Assembly (NCBI GenBank): GCA_965197985.1
Contig: CBDAOG010000008.1
Span: forward strand, 212,069-276,068
From: Dehalococcoidia bacterium
GTDB lineage: Bacteria; Chloroflexota; Dehalococcoidia; Lucifugimonadales; CAUZJF01
Direction of reading: 5' to 3'
DNA length: 64,000 nt
The notes below the pieces were generated by a model. That model was not told the origin of the DNA. It worked only from the letters and a program-made list of their open reading frames with translations, and did not search any database. Below, piece by piece: positions 9,532-17,816 of this stretch. Each line of letters opens with the position of its first letter. Position 1 is the stretch's first letter. The translations under genes were made by a program, and so were the position numbers.

Positions 9532-9581
9532 CGCACAAACCTCTGCCATTGACATAAACACAGTCCTCTTTGAAGATAAGC

Positions 9582-10970
9582 ATGACAGAAAACAGCTTAG
9601 CCTACATCGCCTGCGCTGGTATTTGCGGAAATCGGGGTAAAGGTATGCCTGACCTCCACCAGTGGCTGACAGTCTTGTATCAAGGCCTTCCCAACCATAA
9701 TTATGGCTGGTGGCTTACCACACGGGAACATCAGGACGTGGCCACGCTAGTAACCGCAGCACAGTTTGTATACGGGCGATTCGGCGAGCAGAGCGGGTCT
9801 TTCGACACCGACGATTACAATAATCTCCAACGGGCCTTGGGAAAAAGCGTTCCCGCAGGAGGTGCGCGAGTTGTACTCAATAGGCACCTCCTCCTGAATA
9901 TGTGGCGTCCTCTGAGGCTGCTCGACCGCGTTCGGACTCGGAACATCAACCCATTTCGATTAACTGACCAAGGGTTGGAACTTGCTCAATCCACAGAGCC
10001 TCGTCGTGTCCTTGAGCCAGTTCTCCGTGAGGTGAGATTTGTCCACGAGGACTGGACGCGACCGCAGGTAATGGCATCCTACACAGGTATATCCGTCCAC
10101 CCGTATCAGGTGCTCAGCGCCGTCCTGGGAGGGACTGACGGATACTTGGACCGCCATGAATACAGGTTGTTTGTTTCGAGGATGAGACATGATGATCAGG
10201 ATTCAATTGACCAAGCGATAGAGCTGGTCAGAGATTTCCGAACTCGCAATCAAGGAACCCGGGAAGGATTGCTTGCGTTGGAGGCGCCTGTATTTCCGGG
10301 TAAGAAGAGCTATCACAATTGGGTCGACATGGACCTTCACACATTCTCATTGTTTGCGCTGGGGACCCAGTTCAGAAGGAACGACACAGCACTTGTACTC
10401 GCGGGCACCGCAGTGGACGCAACGGTGGCAAACGCCTTCGTGTATCCGCAAGGCAGTGGCACTGTGGAGACTTCAATCCCCAATAGTGTAAGGAGACCAC
10501 AGCGGAGGCAAGTAGAACTGAGACCGCCTACCGCTAATCCGCTGTTCGACATCCCGCCCGCACCGAGTATTGAAGCCAACAGCGGTCAAGAGGCTGAAGG
10601 ATTCGTCAGGCGACTACTTGAGGCCAATGGGTTTGATGTCCGCGATTTCTCGCGACTGCGAGGTTACGGTTTCGACCTATGGGCACGACATCGGACTACA
10701 GGAAGCGTCTATTACTGTGAGGTCAAGTCTAGTATAGGCACTTTGGGTAGTGTCGAGTTCACTAGGCTAGAGGTCGAGGCGGCCGAGCAATATCGCGAAA
10801 GGTACGTCGTGTTCTGCGTAGAGAATTTCGACTCGTCTCAATCTGCCGGCGAAGTATGGACAGTACAGGATCCGTGGGCAGACCTTCCATCCGTCCAAAC
10901 ACCCAAAACGACCATAACCTATAGCGCTCCTCGCTCAGAGTGGCTTACAGTCGCCAAAAGATTAGAGTGA
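9582..10970 (+). CDS. Putative restriction endonuclease: unassigned N-terminal region + C-terminal PD-(D/E)xK (DUF3883-like) domain
   Basis: The C-terminal ~110 aa read GYGFDLWARH...VYYCEVKSS...FTRLEVEAAEQYRERYVVFCV. The gene is convergent with the methyltransferase gene, 100 bp apart. The start is uncertain (TTG 9570, ATG 9582, ATG 9645). Confidence 0.65.
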   Translation: MTENSLAYIACAGICGNRGKGMPDLHQWLTVLYQGLPNHNYGWWLTTREHQDVATLVTAAQFVYGRFGEQSGSFDTDDYNNLQRALGKSVPAGGARVVLNRHLLLNMWRPLRLLDRVRTRNINPFRLTDQGLELAQSTEPRRVLEPVLREVRFVHEDWTRPQVMASYTGISVHPYQVLSAVLGGTDGYLDRHEYRLFVSRMRHDDQDSIDQAIELVRDFRTRNQGTREGLLALEAPVFPGKKSYHNWVDMDLHTFSLFALGTQFRRNDTALVLAGTAVDATVANAFVYPQGSGTVETSIPNSVRRPQRRQVELRPPTANPLFDIPPAPSIEANSGQEAEGFVRRLLEANGFDVRDFSRLRGYGFDLWARHRTTGSVYYCEVKSSIGTLGSVEFTRLEVEAAEQYRERYVVFCVENFDSSQSAGEVWTVQDPWADLPSVQTPKTTITYSAPRSEWLTVAKRLE

Positions 10971-11071
10971 GGATAGACTTCGCCGTCTCCAGATGCCTCG
11001 GGCTCTAGTCAGCAACGACCGACTGCGCTCCCTCGTCGCGCTGCGGGGCAATTGCGATGCCCCCTTTGCCA

Positions 11072-13741
11072 CTAGGCCAACACGAGATACTGGTGCGATG
11101 TGACGGTACCTTTGTCTCGAATTCCGTGTGATTCGGTGTGGGCGACGCTCTCATCAAAGCGGTCTACTACTCGGAACCACGGAGCGGAGACGCGCTCCAG
11201 CGCATCCGACATGTTGCTCTTTCGACTCTTTCCTAGGTGCAGGACCAGTACGCCACTCTGTTTCAGTCGCTCGCGAGCCTGTCTAAGTACGGCTTGGTAA
11301 ACCGTGAAGCTCTGCTTCTGGCGTTCATCGACATATCTACGCGGTTCCAGCAAGAAATCATCCTTCTCCCAACCGCAGAACCACAAGCGCATCCAGTTCG
11401 CGAGGTAGAAGCGAGTGCTATCGAAGAACGGCGGCGAAGTTATGATTGCGTCGATCTCCCTGGCGATACCGGGCCAAGGAGCCGTTGCGTCTTGCAGAAG
11501 TGGCTCTCCTTGCACGAAAGATCCAGGCAAAGCTGCATTGATCATGCGGTCCACTTTCTCACGAAGGCGAGGTATGAGAGCACGGTACTCGGTCGGTCCA
11601 GTAGGTGCAAATGGGGTCATTGAGTGCGACCGGCGGCTCAAGGCATACGGTCGATTCCCATGCAGGATATGAAGGAGGCACGCAAGGACGAATGCCTTAG
11701 CTGGAGTCTCCTGTCGGGACAGCAGGTATTTCCTTGCTGCCAGTACCTCCCCAAAAGTTCGCTCATGAAAGTAATCCTCTAGCGGCCCATTGAAAGCCAC
11801 TTCGCGAGCGCGAGACCGATCGATGTCGTCAACTTCGGCCTTGCTCAAATGTTCCTCAAGGTCGTCTATGAGCCTAACAGCCTGCGTTCGGTCTGGGGGA
11901 GTCAACTTTGCCTTCATGATCGCTAGAGCTGCTGGAGATATCTCGAACCCGATAGCACGACGACCTGTGAGGCAAGCTTCAAACGGGATTGTCCCGACCC
12001 CGGCGAACGGATCAAGGACAAGGCCATTCTCGGGTGCAAAAACATCAACCAAGTGGCGAGCCAGGGAAGGTTTCATTTTCCCCTGGTAAGAGCAAATGCT
12101 ATGCCTCTCATTGCCCCAGTTGCGCTTCGAGTAAGGAATACTCTGGTGTGGAAGATTGGCTTTGAAGGCCTCCCATCTGTCAGTGAAGGACGGGGGCCGT
12201 TCGGTTTCCCGCTTCTGAGGATTCTTGCTTGGAGGTATGAATTCGAAAGTCAGAAGAGTTTGAGAGAGGGCGATTCCCGTCCGAGACATTCTAGTCCGCA
12301 GTACTTCACTTTCGAGCAATTGGAAGCCACGATCAGAAGCTGCCTCAGCTAGCAACTTGTCGGTTGGAACGTGGATACCACCGTAGGCGGAATCACCGAT
12401 GTCAAGAAAGACTGGCGCCCCCGCCTTCATGTGAGTGGCAAGGCCAGCGAAGACCTGGGACATGCCCTTGAGGTATGACGAAACCATCTTAGGGATTCTC
12501 GAATCATAGGCATTTTTTTCAAGGTCAGAAATTACCGCGCGTGCTGCCTCTGTGGAAACTGGAGCCTTGGGTCCCCGCACGTCATTGATCCCGGCAGTTA
12601 TTGCCGCGTCACGATACGACCGAAGGTCTGACTGAGTATTCAGTGCTCTAATGAACCAAAGTTCAAGCTTCGTGTTCCGTATATAGTTGGTTCCATTCAA
12701 GTACGGTGGACTGGTGACTACGGCGTCAATTCCGAGCGGGCGAATCCGGTCAAGACGCTGTGCGTCCTGCGCGACCAGGAGCGGTCGGCCGGCAATGACT
12801 TCGGTCGCTTCGATATCGTCTGCGATAGCTACGACGCGGTTGATGACCCCGTCCACGAAGGGTTCCATTCGTTCCAGCTCGCGTCCCTTTCTGAACCGCA
12901 AGTCGCCTGCTCGTATGAGGTAGGACGCAGGTTGGAGGGAGGCGATTGCGGCAATCTCGAGCAGGTCGGAAATTAGATCAACTCTCGTGTCCAACACGTC
13001 GATGACGCGCCGTACAGATAGGACCGCTTCAAGTGTGTAGTTATCAAAGAACTCACTGGAACGGAACGTGCGTTGATATGCTTCTCTTAGCCGCTGATCC
13101 GCTCTAGCTGCCGCAACAAGGGCGGGAAGACGGTCTGCCAAGGACCGGAGTTCACTCACTACTGTGGCTCGTTGCTCCGGACTAAGAGCAAGTGACTTGA
13201 ACTTTGCGGCTGCGACTCTCTGAAGTACCGGGTTAACCTCGGCATAGAACGCGAATGAGCCTCTCAGCGCCACTGCCAGCGGAGTAGTTCCCACACCAGC
13301 AAACGGATCAAGGACGCGCGAGGCACCCCCCGCACGCTCTGCTAGTAAGAGTTCCACAAAGGAGAGGGAATATCCTTCGAGTAGCGGGAACCAGCGCTGA
13401 AAGGGAGCAGCCCGATCCTCGGAGAAGGTAATGAGATGGCTGATTGGGCCGCCAAGTCCCGGGAGATCCGAAGCTGGCTCCGCCTCCTGCTTACGGAGCC
13501 ATGTCTTGAGAGCACGGATGCAGAAAGTGTTCACAGGCAAATCCTCCGCGGCAGCCGCAGATACAAGTGCAGCATAGGACGAGAACCCGATTGCCGTCCG
13601 GAGTTGGTGGCTACTCATGCCACGGATCGATTTGGCCAGCGTCGGCTCCCCGGTCCCGACGGCAAGTGTCAGCACCCTACGTTGAGAGTCGGGATTCGGA
13701 AAGTCTCGGAAATAGACTGATTTGTACGTTGGTGTAGCCAT
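11072..13741 (-). CDS. Fused two-module SAM-dependent DNA (N6-adenine/N4-cytosine type) methyltransferase
   Basis: One 889-aa ORF has two motif I / motif IV pairs: DPFAGVGTTPLAVALRG ... VVTSPPYLNG, and LDPFAGVGTIPFEACLTG ... IITSPPFFDS. Confidence 0.85.
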   Translation of the reverse strand: MATPTYKSVYFRDFPNPDSQRRVLTLAVGTGEPTLAKSIRGMSSHQLRTAIGFSSYAALVSAAAAEDLPVNTFCIRALKTWLRKQEAEPASDLPGLGGPISHLITFSEDRAAPFQRWFPLLEGYSLSFVELLLAERAGGASRVLDPFAGVGTTPLAVALRGSFAFYAEVNPVLQRVAAAKFKSLALSPEQRATVVSELRSLADRLPALVAAARADQRLREAYQRTFRSSEFFDNYTLEAVLSVRRVIDVLDTRVDLISDLLEIAAIASLQPASYLIRAGDLRFRKGRELERMEPFVDGVINRVVAIADDIEATEVIAGRPLLVAQDAQRLDRIRPLGIDAVVTSPPYLNGTNYIRNTKLELWFIRALNTQSDLRSYRDAAITAGINDVRGPKAPVSTEAARAVISDLEKNAYDSRIPKMVSSYLKGMSQVFAGLATHMKAGAPVFLDIGDSAYGGIHVPTDKLLAEAASDRGFQLLESEVLRTRMSRTGIALSQTLLTFEFIPPSKNPQKRETERPPSFTDRWEAFKANLPHQSIPYSKRNWGNERHSICSYQGKMKPSLARHLVDVFAPENGLVLDPFAGVGTIPFEACLTGRRAIGFEISPAALAIMKAKLTPPDRTQAVRLIDDLEEHLSKAEVDDIDRSRAREVAFNGPLEDYFHERTFGEVLAARKYLLSRQETPAKAFVLACLLHILHGNRPYALSRRSHSMTPFAPTGPTEYRALIPRLREKVDRMINAALPGSFVQGEPLLQDATAPWPGIAREIDAIITSPPFFDSTRFYLANWMRLWFCGWEKDDFLLEPRRYVDERQKQSFTVYQAVLRQARERLKQSGVLVLHLGKSRKSNMSDALERVSAPWFRVVDRFDESVAHTESHGIRDKGTVTSHQYLVLA

Positions 13742-13777
13742 TGCATGAAACTACCATATTCTGGTAGTTACATGCAA
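13741..13777. promoter_or_regulatory. 16-bp inverted repeat (1 mismatch, 5-bp spacer) abutting the methyltransferase start codon; candidate operator
   Basis: TTGCATGAAACTACCA tattc TGGTAGTTACATGCAA. The left arm begins at the last base of the ATG (13739-13741, minus strand). Confidence 0.5.
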
Positions 13778-14014
13778 GAACCAACTGGTGGACGAAGCCA
13801 GTCTGGGGGCTTTCCCCTGTTGCGGCATCAACGCCGTTACGTCACTGCTGCCTCATTCCGAATGTGAGCACACGGAACAGCCGTCTACGCCACTCGGCCT
13901 TCGACCCTCGTGAGCGGTGGCCTAGAAGCCATCCCGTAGTCGGAAGTTCCCGACCTCGTTTGGAGGCATGGCGTCGTAGTGGGTGGTCCCCGCGTCGTCA
14001 GGCAGTCTGTCCGT

Positions 14015-15106
14015 TCACCGCTCACACACGACACCGTCACCATCCCCGTCTCGGGCGCTGGGGACCATTGCCTTGGGGAACCCCCTCCCTGCGCCTGCTG
14101 ATCCCTGCACCCTGGTCTCCCCGGCTTCTACCGCTTCCTCACAGGACTCATACACGGGGGTGCTCTCCTCTGGTTCCGGCTCCGGTACTAGAGTCGGTGT
14201 TGCCGTTGCTTCCTCCGCTGTAGACTGCCCCGACGTTCCCGTTCCGGCCATATCCTCCGCCCTCTCGGCCTCGACCTCAACCGGCTCCTCACAGGTGTCC
14301 AGCATGTCAATGACTGCCTCTGTTTCCGTCTGGGTCATCGTGAGCCCCCACTCCAACTTCACCTCTGTCCAGTCCGTGGCATATTGGCACCAGTAGCCCT
14401 CGTCCGGGGGTCGCCAATCCTCTGGCCCCTTCGCTCCCTTTGACCGGTTGGCTCCCTTCGTGACCGCGATCAGGTGGTCGGGGTCTCCCAGGTAGTTGGC
14501 ATACTCCTGCTTCCTAGCTGCACTCCACGCCCACCCACCGGAATCGTGAGCGTTCTTCAGGGGTACCAGGTGATCGATGTCCAGGTCTCCGGGGGCCTCG
14601 ACGTAAACGCTAGTAAAGGCCCCGTACCACCTGCCCACTGCGACCCGGCACTCCTTATCCGTCTCGAAAGTAACCTCGACCAGGCTCTCCGCGATGAGGA
14701 CCTCCTGCCGTGCGTCCTGGCAATCCCCATCCTCGTCGCTCCAGTGCTTCCACTGGGACCGGTCGTACTCCGGGATGTCCGTCGGGACTTGGGCGACGGT
14801 GATCGACAGAGTGGTCGCTGGTGTTGCAGCGAGGGTCGGCGCACTGGTAGTCGGCTCTTGGGTCGGCGTCGACGTGGCCGCTTCCGTCGAGGAAGCTGGA
14901 GTTGGCGTGGCGGGCACCGGCGTGGATTCCGGCGTGCTATGAGGTAGAGGCGTCGCGATGATGTTCGTCGGCGATGGGGTTATGAGGCTTGATTCCGCCG
15001 TTGCCGCCACAGAGGTTGGGGTTGCCACCGGAGTCGTCGTCTGACCTGAGCAGGCGGCCAATATCATGAGTATCGGTATGAGTGCCCAAATCGGGAGTCT
15101 TGTCAT
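14015..15106 (-). CDS. Lipoprotein extracellular nuclease (DUF1524/HNH-like core + C-terminal Excalibur Ca-binding domain)
   Basis: Start set at ATG 15106 (GGAGAA about 8 nt upstream). MTRLPIWALIPILMILAACSGQ is a signal peptide plus lipobox. A Thr/Pro-rich linker follows. Core: DIDHLVPLKNAHDSGGW...AVTKGANRSKGAKGPEDWRPP. C-terminus: SARDGDGDGVVCE. Confidence 0.8.
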   Translation of the reverse strand: MTRLPIWALIPILMILAACSGQTTTPVATPTSVAATAESSLITPSPTNIIATPLPHSTPESTPVPATPTPASSTEAATSTPTQEPTTSAPTLAATPATTLSITVAQVPTDIPEYDRSQWKHWSDEDGDCQDARQEVLIAESLVEVTFETDKECRVAVGRWYGAFTSVYVEAPGDLDIDHLVPLKNAHDSGGWAWSAARKQEYANYLGDPDHLIAVTKGANRSKGAKGPEDWRPPDEGYWCQYATDWTEVKLEWGLTMTQTETEAVIDMLDTCEEPVEVEAERAEDMAGTGTSGQSTAEEATATPTLVPEPEPEESTPVYESCEEAVEAGETRVQGSAGAGRGFPKAMVPSARDGDGDGVVCER

Positions 15107-15175
15107 TCGTCCTGTTCTCCTTCTGAACGGGCACCGGGGGCCGATTACATCTCCACAACGCAAGTGCCTGATGGC

Positions 15176-16735
15176 CTAGGTTTGGGCAGGGACTGGGCGT
15201 CGATACCGTCCAACACGGTCGAATAGCGCTTCCGGTAGCGGCCTGTAGACATCAATCACCTCGTCCTCGAGCTCGAACCGCTCTGTGAGGACGTCGATAG
15301 CGGCTTGAGCAATCAGTGACGCGCATGCGAGAACGGAGGCGGGCGGCGCGTTGTTGACAGGCGCAGAGCAACCGAGGTCGGGCTCCGCGAAATCAACCTC
15401 TGAGTCGCCTGGCGGAACAATCGGATAATTGGGAGATTCGGGCCGGGCAAGAATTGAGGAGTCAGTTTCCAAGGCCTTCCTCTGAACCCGTCCAATGAAT
15501 CCACCGCGGAACAGCGCGCCGGAGACCAGCGGCTTGCCCAGTCCCTCCGCAACCCGAGCGACGGGATGCACAAAGGCATCGTTGCCGGTAGCGTCGATAA
15601 CCACATCAACGTTCTCGATGAGCTGCGCTATCTCCTGTGATCCATATGGGTTGGTCGCGGGCGTTATGGATTCCACCTTGGTCCACGGTGCGTGATTCCT
15701 GATGGCAGCCTCCACGGCATTCACCTTGGGTCCCCCAACGTGATCATGGCCCGCAACGTGGCGTACGACGTTTCCAGGCGACAGGAGGTCGCTGTCGACG
15801 ATTCTCAGGGAATCGATGCCGCTCTCAGCGAGAGTCACTGCTACATGACCTCCCAACGCGCCGGCCCCAAAGAGGACAGCACTGCGTCCTTTGAGAACCT
15901 CTGCGTCGGGTCCAGCTCTGAGCCTGAGGGTCCGCTCGTCATTCGGTTCGGCTACTAGTGCTGCTGCTTCCACTTTGTCTCCTATTCCTTCGCAAGCCAT
16001 GACAAGCAGGTCAGTGCGCTCTTGCCGTTGCCACGCGAACAGGATGATGTCCACACCGCCTCTTACCTGGGGGCCTCTGGGCTCGCGGCGTTGCGAGAGA
16101 GCTCTCTCCAACCCCTTTCGCTGCGACCTGCTGAGATGTCGCGGTAGCTCGGATAGGTTGCGCGGCGGTGGAGCCTGAAGTTGCCCGACCCGAAACCAGA
16201 GACCACGTATCTCTCGCGGCCCAGTCACCTGTCCCGGTCGAATGCTTAGCAATTTCGGGTTCGTCAGGACTCCATTCAAGTCTCCCCAGCTACCGATGCT
16301 CGTGCGCAGTGACTCAAAGTCGAACGTCGCCATCAGCGGCACCTTGAGCTTGAAATTCAGGTAAGCGTCAAAAGGGAGATCGTCGTCCTGCCAGCCGCTC
16401 CTTGCGCGCCTGCACCAGTCCTCAACACGGCTGAAGAGACCGTCAACGGTCTCCCACTCAGCGCTCAGTTCGCTGTCCCGCCACAGACAGACGAACCCGT
16501 CTAGTGTCGAGTGGTTGGTGTCGAGCCCCTGCACGAAGAGCCTGGGCGGCCGGTAGGGCCACCCAGGGTCAAAGACGATCTCCATGCTGAGCGTATCGGT
16601 GAGCCCGTCGAACGCCGGGTGGATTGGGCCTCGCCACATGCGGCGTTCAGTGCCGGGAACCGGCTCAAACCCTGACGCAACTAGGTCGGCTCGGAATCCT
16701 TCCAGCGAGGCGATGTCGAAGGATTCCTGTTCCAT
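15176..16735 (-). CDS. cap2: CBASS Cap2-like E2/E1 fusion protein
   Basis: N-terminal UBC/E2-like motif TNHSTLDGFVCLW. C-terminal ThiF/E1 Rossmann VLFGAGALGGHVAVTLAESGIDSLRIVDSDLLSPGNVVRH. Start chosen at ATG 16735, 4 nt after the CD-NTase stop; the alternative is ATG 16762. The track start 16879 overlaps the upstream gene by 140 nt. Confidence 0.8.
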   Translation of the reverse strand: MEQESFDIASLEGFRADLVASGFEPVPGTERRMWRGPIHPAFDGLTDTLSMEIVFDPGWPYRPPRLFVQGLDTNHSTLDGFVCLWRDSELSAEWETVDGLFSRVEDWCRRARSGWQDDDLPFDAYLNFKLKVPLMATFDFESLRTSIGSWGDLNGVLTNPKLLSIRPGQVTGPREIRGLWFRVGQLQAPPPRNLSELPRHLSRSQRKGLERALSQRREPRGPQVRGGVDIILFAWQRQERTDLLVMACEGIGDKVEAAALVAEPNDERTLRLRAGPDAEVLKGRSAVLFGAGALGGHVAVTLAESGIDSLRIVDSDLLSPGNVVRHVAGHDHVGGPKVNAVEAAIRNHAPWTKVESITPATNPYGSQEIAQLIENVDVVIDATGNDAFVHPVARVAEGLGKPLVSGALFRGGFIGRVQRKALETDSSILARPESPNYPIVPPGDSEVDFAEPDLGCSAPVNNAPPASVLACASLIAQAAIDVLTERFELEDEVIDVYRPLPEALFDRVGRYRRPVPAQT

Positions 16736-16739
16736 TCGT

Positions 16740-17801
16740 CTACCCGAACCGGGGGGCCTCATTGCGCCGAGCCGTTGCGCCGGTCCCACTTGCCGCACCG
16801 ACTCCGGCTGCTGTGACAGTGCTGCCCACACTTCCTCCGCTCTTCGGAGGATAGGGCAAGACCGGATTGGCGCGGTCATTGCCGCCGAGGATTTTGCGCC
16901 ACTCAGTGGCAGCGTCGGTGTCGTTCATGGAAAGCGCCCCGCTTGCCGCAGCCGCCAGCTTCGCGAAAATGGCCGCGGCTTGTTCGACCTGCCCTGCAGA
17001 CAACGGTGGGTCGACAGGGGTGCCGAGGACAGGGTCAAGGAGAGGATTGACTCCCGCCTGGCGAAAACGGTCCGCAATGCACTGGAGCGTTCGGGCCAAG
17101 AGCACATCCCATTCGCTCCCTGCGACCACTCCGGATCGCCATGCGTCAAAAGTAACGAACTCCAGGTACAGACCTCCAGGTCGCTTGTCTCCCAGATGGG
17201 TCTCCCGAATCTGGCGCACTAGCTTGACGATAGGCTTGTAGGCGGGCCGATCGCCGACCTTCGAGGCCGATTGATTCAGGTCGGTAGAGAGGTCTCCGAA
17301 AAGCACGGCCCCGGTGGTGACCCAACGGCCCTCGCCCTCAACCCACCGGTTCTGGTCCTTGGTCGGGATTGCCCAAAGCTCACCGTGACCTACGGCCGGG
17401 ACCGCATCAACAGAAAAATCTCCTCCAGAAATGCGGTCACGGTCAGGAAACAGGACCTTGACGCTACGCGCCTGCTGCTGTGCCCGTCCGCCGCCCTGAC
17501 CATATTGTCCGTACTTGCGGACGATGACCCGCCAGACGGCGTCAAACACAGCCCTAGGCGCGGCCCTCGTATCCAGCTTCGTAAAGCGCAAGAAGACGTC
17601 CACATCCTTGCCTGGATAGATACCGACATCCCGGCCGTAGGAGCCGATCAGCAGCGGCTCGACGCCCCATTCCTTCAACTGCTCGTCCTGTTGCAGGAGC
17701 TCTCTGATCTCCGTGTGGGCGTCTATCGCGCGCTTCCGCTTCTGCCCATTGATTTCGATGTTGGTGAGCGCCTGCTCGAATTGGTTCCGCAAGTTAGGCA
17801 T
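16740..17801 (-). CDS. CBASS CD-NTase (cGAS/DncV-like, SMODS-type nucleotidyltransferase)
   Basis: LLIGSYGRDVGIYPGKDVDVFL (GS...DxD). Third acidic residue in DFSVDAVPA. KPIVKLVRQIR...GGLYLE. GGAGGG RBS. A Gly/Ala/Ser-rich C-terminal tail ends ...APRFG. Confidence 0.85.
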   Translation of the reverse strand: MPNLRNQFEQALTNIEINGQKRKRAIDAHTEIRELLQQDEQLKEWGVEPLLIGSYGRDVGIYPGKDVDVFLRFTKLDTRAAPRAVFDAVWRVIVRKYGQYGQGGGRAQQQARSVKVLFPDRDRISGGDFSVDAVPAVGHGELWAIPTKDQNRWVEGEGRWVTTGAVLFGDLSTDLNQSASKVGDRPAYKPIVKLVRQIRETHLGDKRPGGLYLEFVTFDAWRSGVVAGSEWDVLLARTLQCIADRFRQAGVNPLLDPVLGTPVDPPLSAGQVEQAAAIFAKLAAAASGALSMNDTDAATEWRKILGGNDRANPVLPYPPKSGGSVGSTVTAAGVGAASGTGATARRNEAPRFG

Positions 17802-17816
17802 TACATCCCTCCAGAT

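Noticed and set aside
16736-16879. Track start at 16879 for the Cap2-like ORF
   Set aside because: It would overlap the CD-NTase gene by 140 nt, and the extra N-terminal residues show no E2-like features. ATG 16735 (or 16762) fits the operon spacing better.
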